A stretch of 64,000 bases of DNA from Candidatus Nanohalarchaeota archaeon QJJ-7. Its GTDB lineage: Archaea > Nanohalarchaeota > Nanosalinia > Nanosalinales > Nanohalalkaliarchaeaceae. Position 1 is the stretch's first letter. The number at the start of each line of letters is the position of its first letter. A program made the translations under genes and the position numbers. The notes beneath the pieces are model-generated. The model saw only the letters and a program-made list of their open reading frames with translations. It had not been told where the DNA came from and searched no databases. The stretch covers positions 334 to 64,333 of the forward strand of contig JALIDP010000001.1 in assembly GCA_022865215.1 (NCBI GenBank). The letters are read 5' to 3'. Positions 43,652 through 53,290 of this stretch are shown here, one piece after another.

Positions 43652-44629
43652 ATGAAACCGTCCAAAAAACTGTTCAGACAGATACTCGAAAGAATACATC
43701 GTTCACTGAAAGCTGAGACCTTTCCCGGCGCCTCCAACGCCCTTTTCGGAGGGGTCTCCGATATTCTGATCGATTATCTGGACGACCTGGAGGAAGACCT
43801 CCAGCGGGCTAATTCTGATATACTCCACAGGACATACATCTCGGAGATCCTTATGGGCGGCCTACTAGCTTTAATGGCAGGTCTAGGGATCTCTCTGGTA
43901 GTTACCTTCACCTACAGCCCTCCCATAGTTTTTGGCCTCCTATTGATATTGCTTTTACCTTGGGTACTTGCTCTCATAGTTACAGCCTTCATGTACGTTT
44001 ATCCCAGCTGGAAAGCCAGGAACCGGGCCAGAGATATAAACCGCAACCTTCCTTTCGCACTCAACCACATGAGCGCTATCGCTGGTTCAGGTGTACCTCC
44101 GTCCTCTCTGTTCGAGCTTCTCGTTAAATTCGAAGAATACGGTGAGATAGCGACTGAGGCAGATGAGATGGTTACACGGGTAAAGGTCTTCGGGGACGAT
44201 GCCACCACCGCACTCAGAGACGTAGCACAGATGACTCCTTCAGACGACCTCAGGGAAGTTTTCTATGGGATGGTATCCACCATGGAAACTGGCGGGAGCC
44301 TCAAAGACTTCCTGGATGAAAGGTCGGACAGAGCCCTTTTCAACTACAGGATGAGGAGGGAGAAAGAGATAGACAGGCTATCAACCTTCGCAAGCTTCTA
44401 CACCGCCCTGCTCGTCGCCGCACCGCTCTTCCTGGTGACGATACTCGCGGTGCTCGAAACCATCGGCGGAGGCCTCTTCGGATATCCTATCAAGTCAAGG
44501 TGCGGGTTTATCGGTGCACTTATGGGTCAATGCCCGATGGGCGTGATAGACGTGGGAGCCTTCATCGCCATCCCTATAGCAAACATCCTGTTCATAATCG
44601 TGCTCGAGGTGACCCAGCCTGAGATCTAG
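43652..44629 (+). CDS. T2SF-domain membrane protein (FlaJ/TadB-like half)
   Basis: LPFALNHMSAIAGSGVPPSSLFELL... single T2SSF-like domain plus TM helices. Confidence 0.7.
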   Translation: MKPSKKLFRQILERIHRSLKAETFPGASNALFGGVSDILIDYLDDLEEDLQRANSDILHRTYISEILMGGLLALMAGLGISLVVTFTYSPPIVFGLLLILLLPWVLALIVTAFMYVYPSWKARNRARDINRNLPFALNHMSAIAGSGVPPSSLFELLVKFEEYGEIATEADEMVTRVKVFGDDATTALRDVAQMTPSDDLREVFYGMVSTMETGGSLKDFLDERSDRALFNYRMRREKEIDRLSTFASFYTALLVAAPLFLVTILAVLETIGGGLFGYPIKSRCGFIGALMGQCPMGVIDVGAFIAIPIANILFIIVLEVTQPEI

Positions 44630-44690
44630 AATCCTCTCCCGGATCCAAGAGAAGCTGGTCGATATTACCGGCATTCACAGGCAGGACTTG

Positions 44691-45845
44691 ATGATCATCT
44701 TCATCTCGATAATCATAGGAGGAGGAATGATAGGCGTCAATTTCATGCAGTACAATTCCGCCAATGAAAAATACAGTATCACCTACCAGGAGGCACCTGA
44801 CGTCCTAACCATCGAGGGAGGCGATTCGGTAAAATTAAACTTCGATCTGGAAGATCCTGAGAAGCTGGAGAACCTCCAGCTAAGCATCGCTTTCAGTGAG
44901 ATCACTCCTCAGACCGAGATAACTTTACAGTTCAACAGCTATGAACCAGAGGCGCTGAGCGGTCTTAGCAGCGGTAGCAGCCATCTTATGTCGATTCCTA
45001 CAGAAAATCTCCAGGAGACGAATACCCTGGAGATGACAGGACAATTCAGTTTCACAAGGAGTGCCACGATAAAGAGTATAACGGCTAAAGGCGTAACTGG
45101 ATTCCAGAGGATATCTTTCCTCCTGATCAACATCCTCGGACTTATAGTCATCATAGGTCCCATCCTTATCAAGAAATACATCCAGTACTCAAAACAGCAA
45201 GAGCTGGAAGATGAATTCCCCAACTTTCTCCGGGACGTTGTGGAGGGAGTAAGGGCCGGGATGCCTCTCCCTCAGGCTATACAGAACACAAGCAACAACA
45301 ACTACGGTCAACTGACACCTTACGTGAAGGACATGTCCGCCAAGTTGGAATGGGGGATACCTTTCGAGAAGGCAGTACTCCAGTTCGGTAAGAACACAAA
45401 ATCCCCGATAGTGCAGCGATCTATAAACACCATCATCCAGACATACCAGGCCGGGGGAGACGTTGGAGGAGTACTCGAAGCCGTAGGTAACAATCTCGAA
45501 GAGATACGGAAACTAAGGAAAGAGAGGAGGAGCCAGATCTACAGTGAGATGGTCACAGGATATATAATCTACTTCGTCTTCCTTGGAGTCCTGGTCGTAC
45601 TCATACGGTTCCTACTACCCTCACTCTCCTTCCAGGGAGATATCGGACCCCTCCAGGGTTCAGGTCTTTCTCCTGAAGAACTTCTCACCACTTACAGGTC
45701 TGTTTTCCGGTTCCTGGTAATAATACAGTCGATATTCTCCGGTCTCGTGATCGGGAGGTTAAGTGAGGGAGAACTGAAAGCTGGGGCGAAACACGTCGGT
45801 ATCCTCCTCGGTGTAGGATACACAGTAGCGGCGGTCTTCATGTGA
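44691..45845 (+). CDS. T2SF-domain membrane protein (FlaJ/TadC-like half) with an extra N-terminal extracytoplasmic domain
   Basis: N-terminal TM plus a roughly 130-aa domain, then FPNFLRDVVEGVRAGMPLPQAI... T2SSF-like domain and C-terminal TMs. Confidence 0.7.
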   Translation: MIIFISIIIGGGMIGVNFMQYNSANEKYSITYQEAPDVLTIEGGDSVKLNFDLEDPEKLENLQLSIAFSEITPQTEITLQFNSYEPEALSGLSSGSSHLMSIPTENLQETNTLEMTGQFSFTRSATIKSITAKGVTGFQRISFLLINILGLIVIIGPILIKKYIQYSKQQELEDEFPNFLRDVVEGVRAGMPLPQAIQNTSNNNYGQLTPYVKDMSAKLEWGIPFEKAVLQFGKNTKSPIVQRSINTIIQTYQAGGDVGGVLEAVGNNLEEIRKLRKERRSQIYSEMVTGYIIYFVFLGVLVVLIRFLLPSLSFQGDIGPLQGSGLSPEELLTTYRSVFRFLVIIQSIFSGLVIGRLSEGELKAGAKHVGILLGVGYTVAAVFM

Positions 45846-45883
45846 GAAGTTTTATATAGAACTAGACGTCTTTTCAGGTGTAT

Positions 45884-46324
45884 ATGGCCTCCTTTCGTAA
45901 AGGTGTCTCGCCTCTCATAGCTGCCGTACTACTGATAGCCTTCACCATGGCTGTCGCTGCAATCTTGACTAGCTGGTTTACAACTTTCACCGAGGACCAG
46001 AGCCAGCAACTCAGTAACCAGAGCGAACAGATGATCCAGTGTTCCTACGCGGGTATAGATATTTCAAATGTAGCTTACGATTCAGAAAACTCACTAACAG
46101 AATTCAGTATAGATAACACGGGTACAGTTGATTTTAACAATATCTCGGTCGTTAGTTTTCAGGGTTCACAGGTTCAGGGACGGACTTACATAAACAGTCT
46201 CAGTGCAGGACAGACAAAGAGCGGTATTATATCAGGAACAGAACAGAAACCTGATAGTCTCAAGGCCTCATCGAAACAGTGTCCTGAGATCTCCTCAACG
46301 GAGACACAGGTCAGCACCTTTTAG
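45884..46324 (+). CDS. archaeal type IV pilin-like protein (Pilin_N/DUF1628-type N-terminus)
   Basis: MASFRKGVSPLIAAVLLIAFTMAVAAIL matches the R/K-G-V-S-P-(V/L)-I-x-x-x-L-L-I pattern. The TATA-like TTTTATATAG is centred about 27 nt before the ATG. Confidence 0.7.
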   Translation: MASFRKGVSPLIAAVLLIAFTMAVAAILTSWFTTFTEDQSQQLSNQSEQMIQCSYAGIDISNVAYDSENSLTEFSIDNTGTVDFNNISVVSFQGSQVQGRTYINSLSAGQTKSGIISGTEQKPDSLKASSKQCPEISSTETQVSTF

Positions 46325-46362
46325 GGAATATCTTTTAATCTTTGATAACTGTCTTCAACTCC

Positions 46363-47685
46363 ATGTATAACAAAGATATCAAGGAGGCGCTCGAGAGAGA
46401 AGGGATAGAAGAGGGAGACCTTATCCGGATCGAGAAAGATGAGGGCGAATACGAAGGAAGGTTGATGCCGCGCTCCTCTCAGGGCGATACAGGTGTTCTG
46501 GTTCTCAAGCTGGACAACGGATACAACATCGGTGTGGAGTTTATAGAAGACCTTGAAATCGAGAAGCTATCCGGTCACAAGGATGGAGAGGCCGAAAAAC
46601 CGGAGATACCGGATCCCGACTCCGAAAAGCCCGACATCGCGATTCTGCACACTGGAGGGACGATAGCATCGAAGGTGAGCTACGAGAAAGGAGGAGTCAT
46701 CCCGGCCTTCGAGCCCGAAGAACTAGTCCGACTCTACCCTGAGGTATTTGAGCAGGCGAACGTGACCAGCGAGGTCCTAGGCCAGATTCACTCGGGAGAC
46801 ATGGAACCCCAACACTGGCAGGAGTTCGCGGAGGTGGTCGCGGAGCACCGGGACAAGGACGGCATCATCATCGGTCACGGAACCGACACGATGCAGTACA
46901 CTGCCGCAGCTCTCTCCTTCATGCTCGAGAACATTGACGTTCCTGTCGTTCTGGTCGGAGCGCAGAGGAGCAGTGACCGGCCCTCAAGCGACTCCGCTAT
47001 GAACCTGAGTTCGGCGGTTCGGTTCGCTCTGGAGGGGGAACCAGGGGTTTACGTTTGCATGCACGCAGGTACTTCGGACGAGGAAGCGGCTATCCACCCG
47101 GGTACGCGCGTAAGAAAGATGCATACCTCCCGGAGGGATGCTTTCAGGAGCATTGATACCTCACCGGTCGCGCGGGTCAACTACTCTTCCGGCGAGGTCG
47201 AGTTCCTCAGAGAGGTGGAAGAACCCCAGGGAGAGTTCAATCTGAGGACGGAGATGAACACCGATGTAAGCATGATCAAAAGCAGGCCGGGAATCGATGC
47301 CGAGAGGATCGAGGCACTGAAGGTGAAGGACGGTTTAGTGCTTGAAGGTACCGGCCTCGGCCATTTCCCGGTCAACTCTTTCGACGAATATACGGAACAT
47401 CACGATGATATTCTCAAAGCTATAGGAGATCTGGCCGAAGATGGGATCGCGGTTATGACCTCTCAATGCATCAACGGCCGTGTGAACATGAACGTATACG
47501 AGTACGGTGTCAAGATCCAGGAAAGAGGTGTAATATCAGCTGAGAACATGCTAACCGAAGTAGCTTACGTCAAGCTGATGTGGGTGCTTGGACAGTCTGA
47601 TTCAACGGAAGAGGCGGAGGAACTGTTCCGTACAAACCTGGCGGGAGAGATACTGGATAGGGAGGAAAACGATGGCTTCTTATGA
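46363..47685 (+). CDS. gatD: Glu-tRNA(Gln) amidotransferase subunit D
   Basis: Asparaginase-type motifs ILHTGGTIAS and HGTDTM. N-terminal GatD-specific domain. It lies directly upstream of gatE. ATG at 46363; the track TTG is at 46342. Confidence 0.9.
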   Translation: MYNKDIKEALEREGIEEGDLIRIEKDEGEYEGRLMPRSSQGDTGVLVLKLDNGYNIGVEFIEDLEIEKLSGHKDGEAEKPEIPDPDSEKPDIAILHTGGTIASKVSYEKGGVIPAFEPEELVRLYPEVFEQANVTSEVLGQIHSGDMEPQHWQEFAEVVAEHRDKDGIIIGHGTDTMQYTAAALSFMLENIDVPVVLVGAQRSSDRPSSDSAMNLSSAVRFALEGEPGVYVCMHAGTSDEEAAIHPGTRVRKMHTSRRDAFRSIDTSPVARVNYSSGEVEFLREVEEPQGEFNLRTEMNTDVSMIKSRPGIDAERIEALKVKDGLVLEGTGLGHFPVNSFDEYTEHHDDILKAIGDLAEDGIAVMTSQCINGRVNMNVYEYGVKIQERGVISAENMLTEVAYVKLMWVLGQSDSTEEAEELFRTNLAGEILDREENDGFL

Positions 47686-47772
47686 CAGAGCGCTCCGACC
47701 TGAAGGTCACCTGCGGTCCACCCTCGCCTCCGGCTCGGGTCCGGAAAACCTGCAGGACTCAGGTCCTACTTC

Positions 47773-49650
47773 TTGCGGGGGTGGAAAATCATAACAGATT
47801 CACATGATTACGAGGAGCTCGGGTTCAGGTGCGGGATCGAGATCCACCAGCAGCTCGACACTTCTTCGAAGCTTTTCTGCGAATGCTCTACAGAGCCTGG
47901 CGAACATCCAGATGCGGAGGTCGAGCGAGAGCTACGGCCGGTACCATCGGAGATGGGCGAGGTGGACAGGGCGGCGCAGTTCGAGTTTCTGAAGGATAAG
48001 TGGTTCCGTTACAACGTTTTCAATGGTTCCTCCTGTCTGGTGGAGCTGGACGAGGAGCCTCCCCACCCTGTCGACGATGAAGCGTTCGAGACCGCTCTGG
48101 AGACCACATTGCTTCTCAACTGTGAGGTCCCGGACGAGATCCATTTCATGAGGAAGACTGTTATCGATGGTTCGAACACTGCAGGATTCCAGAGGACCGC
48201 TGTCGTGGGGCTGGAAGGTTCTATAGAGACGGAGGAGGGAGAGGTCGGTATCGAAGGAGTTCAGCTCGAGGAGGACTCCGCGGGCATCCACTCGAAGGAG
48301 AAATCCGCGGGCGTGTACGATCTCGACCGTCTCGGTGTTCCGCTCCTGGAGATCGGGACAGACGCGTCTATACAGTCTCCTTCGCATGCGAAAGAGGTGG
48401 CTGAAAAAATAGGGATGCTTTTACGTTCCACAGGAAAAGTCAAGCGAGGACTGGGAACGATAAGACAGGACGTGAACGTTTCGATCGAGGATGGAGCGAG
48501 GGTGGAGATAAAGGGTTTCCAGGAACTTGAACAGATGGATGAGCTTGTGAGGCGTGAGGTTGAGAGGCAGAAGTCGCTTGTCTCTCTAGCTGGAGACCTT
48601 GAAGGATCTGTGGCATCGGGCGTGGAGGAAGTCACGGATACCTTCGAAGACACAGATAGCGAGATATTCCAGAGGATACTGGAAAGCGAGGGAATAGTAC
48701 TGGGGTTCAAGCTTTCAGGGCTGGAAGGGCGGATGAACGAGGACCTGTGTGAAGGCCTCCACCTCGGTAAGGAGCTCTCCTCCTACGCGGAGGCGCAGGG
48801 CGTGAACGGTATCATCCACAGCGACGAGGACCTTGAAAGGTACGGGCTTGAGGAGGAGTTCGAGGAGCTGGAAGATGAGTTGGACAAGGAGGAGGACGAG
48901 GTGGTATGTATAGTAGCGGAGAAAGAGGAAGTAACGAGGAATGCAGCAGAGGCTGTTTCTAAAAGGGCTGAAAGGCTATTGGACGGTGTTCCTGAAGAGA
49001 CCCGAACAGCTGATGGAGTGGTCACAAGATACGCCAGACCTCTACCAGGGGAGGCCCGGATGTACCCGGAGACCGATATCCCGCCTATAGGGGTAGATGA
49101 GGAAAGGATCGATGAAGTGGAGGTACCTGAAACACTCGAGGAGAAGGAGGAACGTTATACTGAGGAGGTAGGGGAAGAACTGGCGGAACAGGTGATAAAC
49201 GCCGGAAGAACAGAGATCTTCGAGACTCTGATGGAAGGTACCGGGATTGCGGAGAGGACTGCTGCTAACATCGCCACCAACGTTCTTGGTAGACTGGAAG
49301 CGGAAGACGTTCCTGTAGAGAACCTTTCTGCCGGCCGGATAGCAGAAGCTGCCGATCTCCTTTCGGAAGGAGATATAGGAAAGGAGCAGATGGAGGAGTT
49401 GCTGGCCGAGGCTGCCAGTAAACCTGGCGAGGCGGTGGAGGAACTCGCAGAGCAGTTCGAGACGGCAGGAGCATCGGAGGTCCGGGAAGCGATTGAAGAA
49501 GTCATCGAGGAGAAGCAAGAGATGGTGGAAGAGCAGGGAGAGCACGCTAAAGGCGCTTTGATGGGTCTAGTTATGGAACGCGTGGAGAACGCTGAAGGTT
49601 CTACCGTGGCGGAAATCCTCGAGGAAGAGCTCAAGGAAAGACTCGAGTGA
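47773..49650 (+). CDS. gatE: Glu-tRNA(Gln) amidotransferase subunit E
   Basis: N-terminus DYEELGFRCGIEIHQQLDT...KLFC. GatB/E core. Acidic C-terminal YqeY-like tail. There is no in-frame ATG near the N-terminus, so the TTG at 47773 is the only candidate start seen. Confidence 0.85.
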   Translation: MRGWKIITDSHDYEELGFRCGIEIHQQLDTSSKLFCECSTEPGEHPDAEVERELRPVPSEMGEVDRAAQFEFLKDKWFRYNVFNGSSCLVELDEEPPHPVDDEAFETALETTLLLNCEVPDEIHFMRKTVIDGSNTAGFQRTAVVGLEGSIETEEGEVGIEGVQLEEDSAGIHSKEKSAGVYDLDRLGVPLLEIGTDASIQSPSHAKEVAEKIGMLLRSTGKVKRGLGTIRQDVNVSIEDGARVEIKGFQELEQMDELVRREVERQKSLVSLAGDLEGSVASGVEEVTDTFEDTDSEIFQRILESEGIVLGFKLSGLEGRMNEDLCEGLHLGKELSSYAEAQGVNGIIHSDEDLERYGLEEEFEELEDELDKEEDEVVCIVAEKEEVTRNAAEAVSKRAERLLDGVPEETRTADGVVTRYARPLPGEARMYPETDIPPIGVDEERIDEVEVPETLEEKEERYTEEVGEELAEQVINAGRTEIFETLMEGTGIAERTAANIATNVLGRLEAEDVPVENLSAGRIAEAADLLSEGDIGKEQMEELLAEAASKPGEAVEELAEQFETAGASEVREAIEEVIEEKQEMVEEQGEHAKGALMGLVMERVENAEGSTVAEILEEELKERLE

Positions 49651-49780
49651 GGAAAAATTTCTCTCCAGGAACTGGAACTTAATTTAAAAGCCTTTTTAAA
49701 GGTTATAGTTTATAAATGGGACGGGAATAGCCGGTTTTAGTAGGTTTCATCCGCCGAATCGGCCTCCTAAGGTGATTCAT

Positions 49781-50329
49781 ATGGAACAGGACATCAAAAT
49801 AGAAAACGTGGTCGCTTCTACCGAATTTGAAGGTCGAATACCGCTCGACCGGATAGCTATCGAACTTGAAAACACAGAATACGAACCGGAACAGTTCCCT
49901 GGGCTGGTCTACAGGCTCAAGGAACCGAAGGCTGCTGCACTGCTTTTCTCCTCCGGTAAAGTGGTCTGTACTGGAACGAAGAGCCCGGAACAGGCCAAGG
50001 AAGCAGTGATGAAGATAATCGACGAACTCGAAGAGACCGATGTCTACATCGATAACGAGCCCGAGATCGAGGTCCAGAACATCGTCGCTTCTTCCAATAT
50101 CGGCGAGAATTTGAACCTTAATCGGATAGCTTTCGATCTGGTCGGTACTGAGTACGAGCCAGAACAGTTCCCTGGACTGGTCTACTCGCTCGACGATCCG
50201 AAGGTCGCGTTCCTGCTCTTCAGTTCAGGCGAGATAGTCTGTACTGGAGGAAGGACTGTCGACGATGTGGAGAACGGTATCGAGAAACTGAAAGGGAATC
50301 TCCAAGAGATAGACGCGATATCAGGATAG
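49781..50329 (+). CDS. tbp: TATA-box binding protein
   Basis: Two direct repeats: IENVVAST...YEPEQFPGLVYRL...LLFSSGKVVCTG and VQNIVASS...YEPEQFPGLVYSL...LLFSSGEIVCTG. Confidence 0.95.
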   Translation: MEQDIKIENVVASTEFEGRIPLDRIAIELENTEYEPEQFPGLVYRLKEPKAAALLFSSGKVVCTGTKSPEQAKEAVMKIIDELEETDVYIDNEPEIEVQNIVASSNIGENLNLNRIAFDLVGTEYEPEQFPGLVYSLDDPKVAFLLFSSGEIVCTGGRTVDDVENGIEKLKGNLQEIDAISG

Positions 50330-50442
50330 GAGGTTTATCAAACCCTCTTAGGGGATCCCTCTTGATCCTTCCTATTTTCATTTCCCTTCATTTCCTTTAG
50401 TTTCACACATCGTTAAAATCTTTGACCTACGAGTAGTTCTCG

Positions 50443-52437
50443 ATGAGTTACACTGACATGGTCGACAGGTTCGAGGAGTTTCTCCGAGAGGTTTACGAGG
50501 ACGATCTTGGAAAGGCGGAATCAGAAGGTGATGAGGCAGTAGTTGTCGACTTCGAGGACCTGGAGAAGTTCGACCACGAGTTCGCTGATGAGATCACAGA
50601 GAAACCAGAAGATGCGCTGGAAGCTGCGGACGAAGCTGTGAGTCTTCTCAGCGTGGTAGACAAGGATCTCAAAATCCGGTTCGAAAACCTGCCCAAGAGG
50701 ACGGAGGTCAAGATCAGGGATCTCAGGAGCAATCATATCGGCAAGATGGTCGCGGTCAAGGGGATAGTCAAGCGCGCGTCCGAAGTGCGTCCGGAAGTTG
50801 TCAGTGCAGACTTTGAATGCACCTCCTGTGGAGATGTTTACACGAAGGAACAGGACTCTTCCAAGCTGAAGAGCCCCTACAAGTGCGACTGCGGTAACCG
50901 GAAGTTCGAGGTCGTGGAAAAAGATATGGTCGACATACAGGGAGTGAGTGTTGAGGAGAACCCGAGAGATATAGAGGGAAGCGAGCAGCCGAGAGATATC
51001 TCGGTTTATCTTAAAGAGGACTTGGTCGATCCCGAGTTCCAGAAGAACGTGACTCCGGGCAACCAGGTCATCGTTAACGGTATTTTACGTGAAGCTCCGC
51101 AGGACAACGACTCGAAACGGTACGACCTTTTCATGGAAGGGAACTACGTTGACCCGAAAGAGACCGAGTTCCAGGATATACAGATCGAAGAGGAGGAAGA
51201 GGAGGAGATTCTGGAGCTGGCTAAAGGGGACAAAGTCTTCCAGAGGATCGTGAACTCGATAGCTCCTTCCATCTACGGCCACGAGAAGATAAAGGAGGCT
51301 ATCGCGTTACAGCTGTTCAGCGGAGTGAGGAAGGAGCGGCCGGACGGTACGGTCACAAGGGGAGACATGCACATCCTTCTGATAGGAGAGCCCGGGACCG
51401 GCAAATCCCAGCTTCTCCAGTACGTGGGAGAGCTCGCACCGAAAGGCAAGTACGTGGTCGGCAAGTCGGCGACAGGTGCAGGCATCACCGCTACAGTAGT
51501 AAGAGACGAGATAACCGATTCCTGGTCTCTAGAGGCTGGTGCACTGGTGCTCGCTAACAAGGGTATGGCGACCATCGACGAGATAGACAAGATGAGTAAC
51601 GAGGACCGGAGCAGCTTGCACGAAGCCATGGAGCAGCAAACGATTAGCGTAAGTAAGGCCAACATACAGGCGACCTTACAGGCTCAGACGGCTATCCTTG
51701 CTGCAGGAAACCCCAAGTTCGGGAGGTTCGATCCCTACGAACCTATACCGGAGCAGATCAATATCGGGGACACCCTCCTCTCCCGGTTCGACCTGATATT
51801 CCCTGTGAAAGACCGCCCGGACGAGGAGAAGGACAAGAAACTGGCCGAACACGTCATGAACATGCACACCGAGCCCGGGGAATACAAGGGCGACATCGAG
51901 ACCGATCTTTTACGGAAGTATATCGCTTACGGGAAACAGAACGTGAAACCTGAGGTCACCGACGAGGCGAAGGAACGGTTGAAGGATTTCTACGTCAGGA
52001 TACGTGGGCAGGGCTCCGACCGTGAAGGTGAGAGGAGTGTTCCGATGACCGCTAGGCAGCTGGAGGCTTTGATCCGGCTAAGCGAGGCCTCCGCACGGGT
52101 GAGGCTCAGTGAAAAGGTGGAGGAGGAGGATGCCCAACGTGCCATCGACCTGTTAACGCATTCGCTCAAGCAGATCGGGACTGACCCGGAGACAGGAGAG
52201 TTCGACATCGACCGGGTGGAGACCGGTATGGCCTCGTCCGAGAGGGACCGGATCATGACCATAAGGAGGATAATATCAAGCATGCAGGATGATGATGAAC
52301 CTGTGCCGGTTGAGGACGTTTTGGCGGAGGCAGAGGAGCAGGGTATAGACGAGTCGGAGGCACAGGAAGCATTAAATAGGTTGGAACAGCAGGGCGAGGT
52401 GTACAGGCCCCAGCAAGGCGGGGTCTCCACACTGTGA
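50443..52437 (+). CDS. mcm: MCM replicative helicase
   Basis: Zn motif CTSCGDVY...CDCGN. Walker A LIGEPGTGKSQLL. Walker B TIDEIDKM. Arginine finger SRFDLIF. C-terminal winged helix. Confidence 0.95.
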   Translation: MSYTDMVDRFEEFLREVYEDDLGKAESEGDEAVVVDFEDLEKFDHEFADEITEKPEDALEAADEAVSLLSVVDKDLKIRFENLPKRTEVKIRDLRSNHIGKMVAVKGIVKRASEVRPEVVSADFECTSCGDVYTKEQDSSKLKSPYKCDCGNRKFEVVEKDMVDIQGVSVEENPRDIEGSEQPRDISVYLKEDLVDPEFQKNVTPGNQVIVNGILREAPQDNDSKRYDLFMEGNYVDPKETEFQDIQIEEEEEEEILELAKGDKVFQRIVNSIAPSIYGHEKIKEAIALQLFSGVRKERPDGTVTRGDMHILLIGEPGTGKSQLLQYVGELAPKGKYVVGKSATGAGITATVVRDEITDSWSLEAGALVLANKGMATIDEIDKMSNEDRSSLHEAMEQQTISVSKANIQATLQAQTAILAAGNPKFGRFDPYEPIPEQINIGDTLLSRFDLIFPVKDRPDEEKDKKLAEHVMNMHTEPGEYKGDIETDLLRKYIAYGKQNVKPEVTDEAKERLKDFYVRIRGQGSDREGERSVPMTARQLEALIRLSEASARVRLSEKVEEEDAQRAIDLLTHSLKQIGTDPETGEFDIDRVETGMASSERDRIMTIRRIISSMQDDDEPVPVEDVLAEAEEQGIDESEAQEALNRLEQQGEVYRPQQGGVSTL

Positions 52438-52443
52438 TACAAA

Positions 52444-53247
52444 ATGCCAGAATCACGAGAGAGACTTACGGCCCGGAAGACCCGGATAGAAGACATTATT
52501 GATGGGGAATACAACGAGCAGGAAGGTTTCGATCCTAACTACGTACTGACACCTCAGGGACTCGTGGTCTCCCGCGCTCGAGTGCTTGGAACTGTAGTCG
52601 ACACGTTCATCAACGATGACGAGTCTTACGGTGCAGTTACTGTGGACGATGGAAGCGGAACGATAAGAGGCAAGTTCTTCCAGGACCTCGGGATGATGGA
52701 GGATGTCGAGGAAGGAGACATCGTGGAGCTGATCGGGAAGGTGAAGGAGTACGAAGGTGAGCGTTACGTCAATCCTGAACTGATACTGGACCGTTCCCCT
52801 ACCTACGAACTCGTCAGGGCCCTTGAACTGGAACAGTTAGAGGAGGAGTGGGTGGAGTACGTGGAACTGGCAGAAGAGTTGAAGGAAGATGGAAAACCTG
52901 ACGAGAGTATAGTGCAGGAGCTCCAGGGTAAAGGTCTCAGTGAAGAGGATGCGGAAGGAGTACTCCAGTTCGTTGAGGACGGAATAGGAGAGAGGAGTCG
53001 GGAAATAGAGGCGGAATCGGACGAGGTTTCGACAGAAGAAACAGAAGATGATGAAGATGAGAACGATGACCTGAGGGAGTCAGTTATGGCCGCTATAGAG
53101 ACGCTGGACGAGGGAGAAGGTGTCGAGTATTCCGCCATACGTGAGGAGGCGGGTATCGACGAGGACACGCTGGAGGACGTGATAAACGACCTCCTTTCGG
53201 ATGGCACCTGTTACGAGCCCCGGCCGGGACGGATAAAGAAGCTTTAA
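52444..53247 (+). CDS. OB-fold protein with acidic linker and C-terminal winged helix (RPA2/Stn1-like architecture)
   Basis: VSRARVLGTVVDTF...GAVTVDDGSGTIRGKFF...GDIVELIGKVKEYEGERYVNPE is a typical OB (tRNA_anti-like) pattern. The C-terminus VEYSAIREEAGIDEDTLEDVINDLLSDGTCYEPRPGRI is wH-like. It starts 6 nt after mcm. Confidence 0.55.
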   Translation: MPESRERLTARKTRIEDIIDGEYNEQEGFDPNYVLTPQGLVVSRARVLGTVVDTFINDDESYGAVTVDDGSGTIRGKFFQDLGMMEDVEEGDIVELIGKVKEYEGERYVNPELILDRSPTYELVRALELEQLEEEWVEYVELAEELKEDGKPDESIVQELQGKGLSEEDAEGVLQFVEDGIGERSREIEAESDEVSTEETEDDEDENDDLRESVMAAIETLDEGEGVEYSAIREEAGIDEDTLEDVINDLLSDGTCYEPRPGRIKKL

Positions 53248-53290
53248 AGTCGATGGAAAACACATTCAAAACATAAGGAGGGCTCAAATT

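Noticed and set aside
47685-47830. An apparently missing ATG for gatE and the overlapping ORF at 47588-47794. I considered a frameshift or gene fusion with gatD.
   Set aside because: gatD ends cleanly at 47685 and is in a different frame. An in-frame TTG at 47773 gives a normal GatE N-terminus (DYEELGF...GIEIHQQ), so a non-ATG start is sufficient.
50330-50442. Pyrimidine-rich tbp-mcm intergenic region with CCCTCTT twice, a GGGATCCC palindrome and CATTTCC twice. I considered it as a possible replication origin next to mcm.
   Set aside because: There are no ORB-like long inverted repeats, no AT-rich unwinding element of convincing length and no orc1/cdc6 gene nearby. It is more likely a terminator and promoter spacer.
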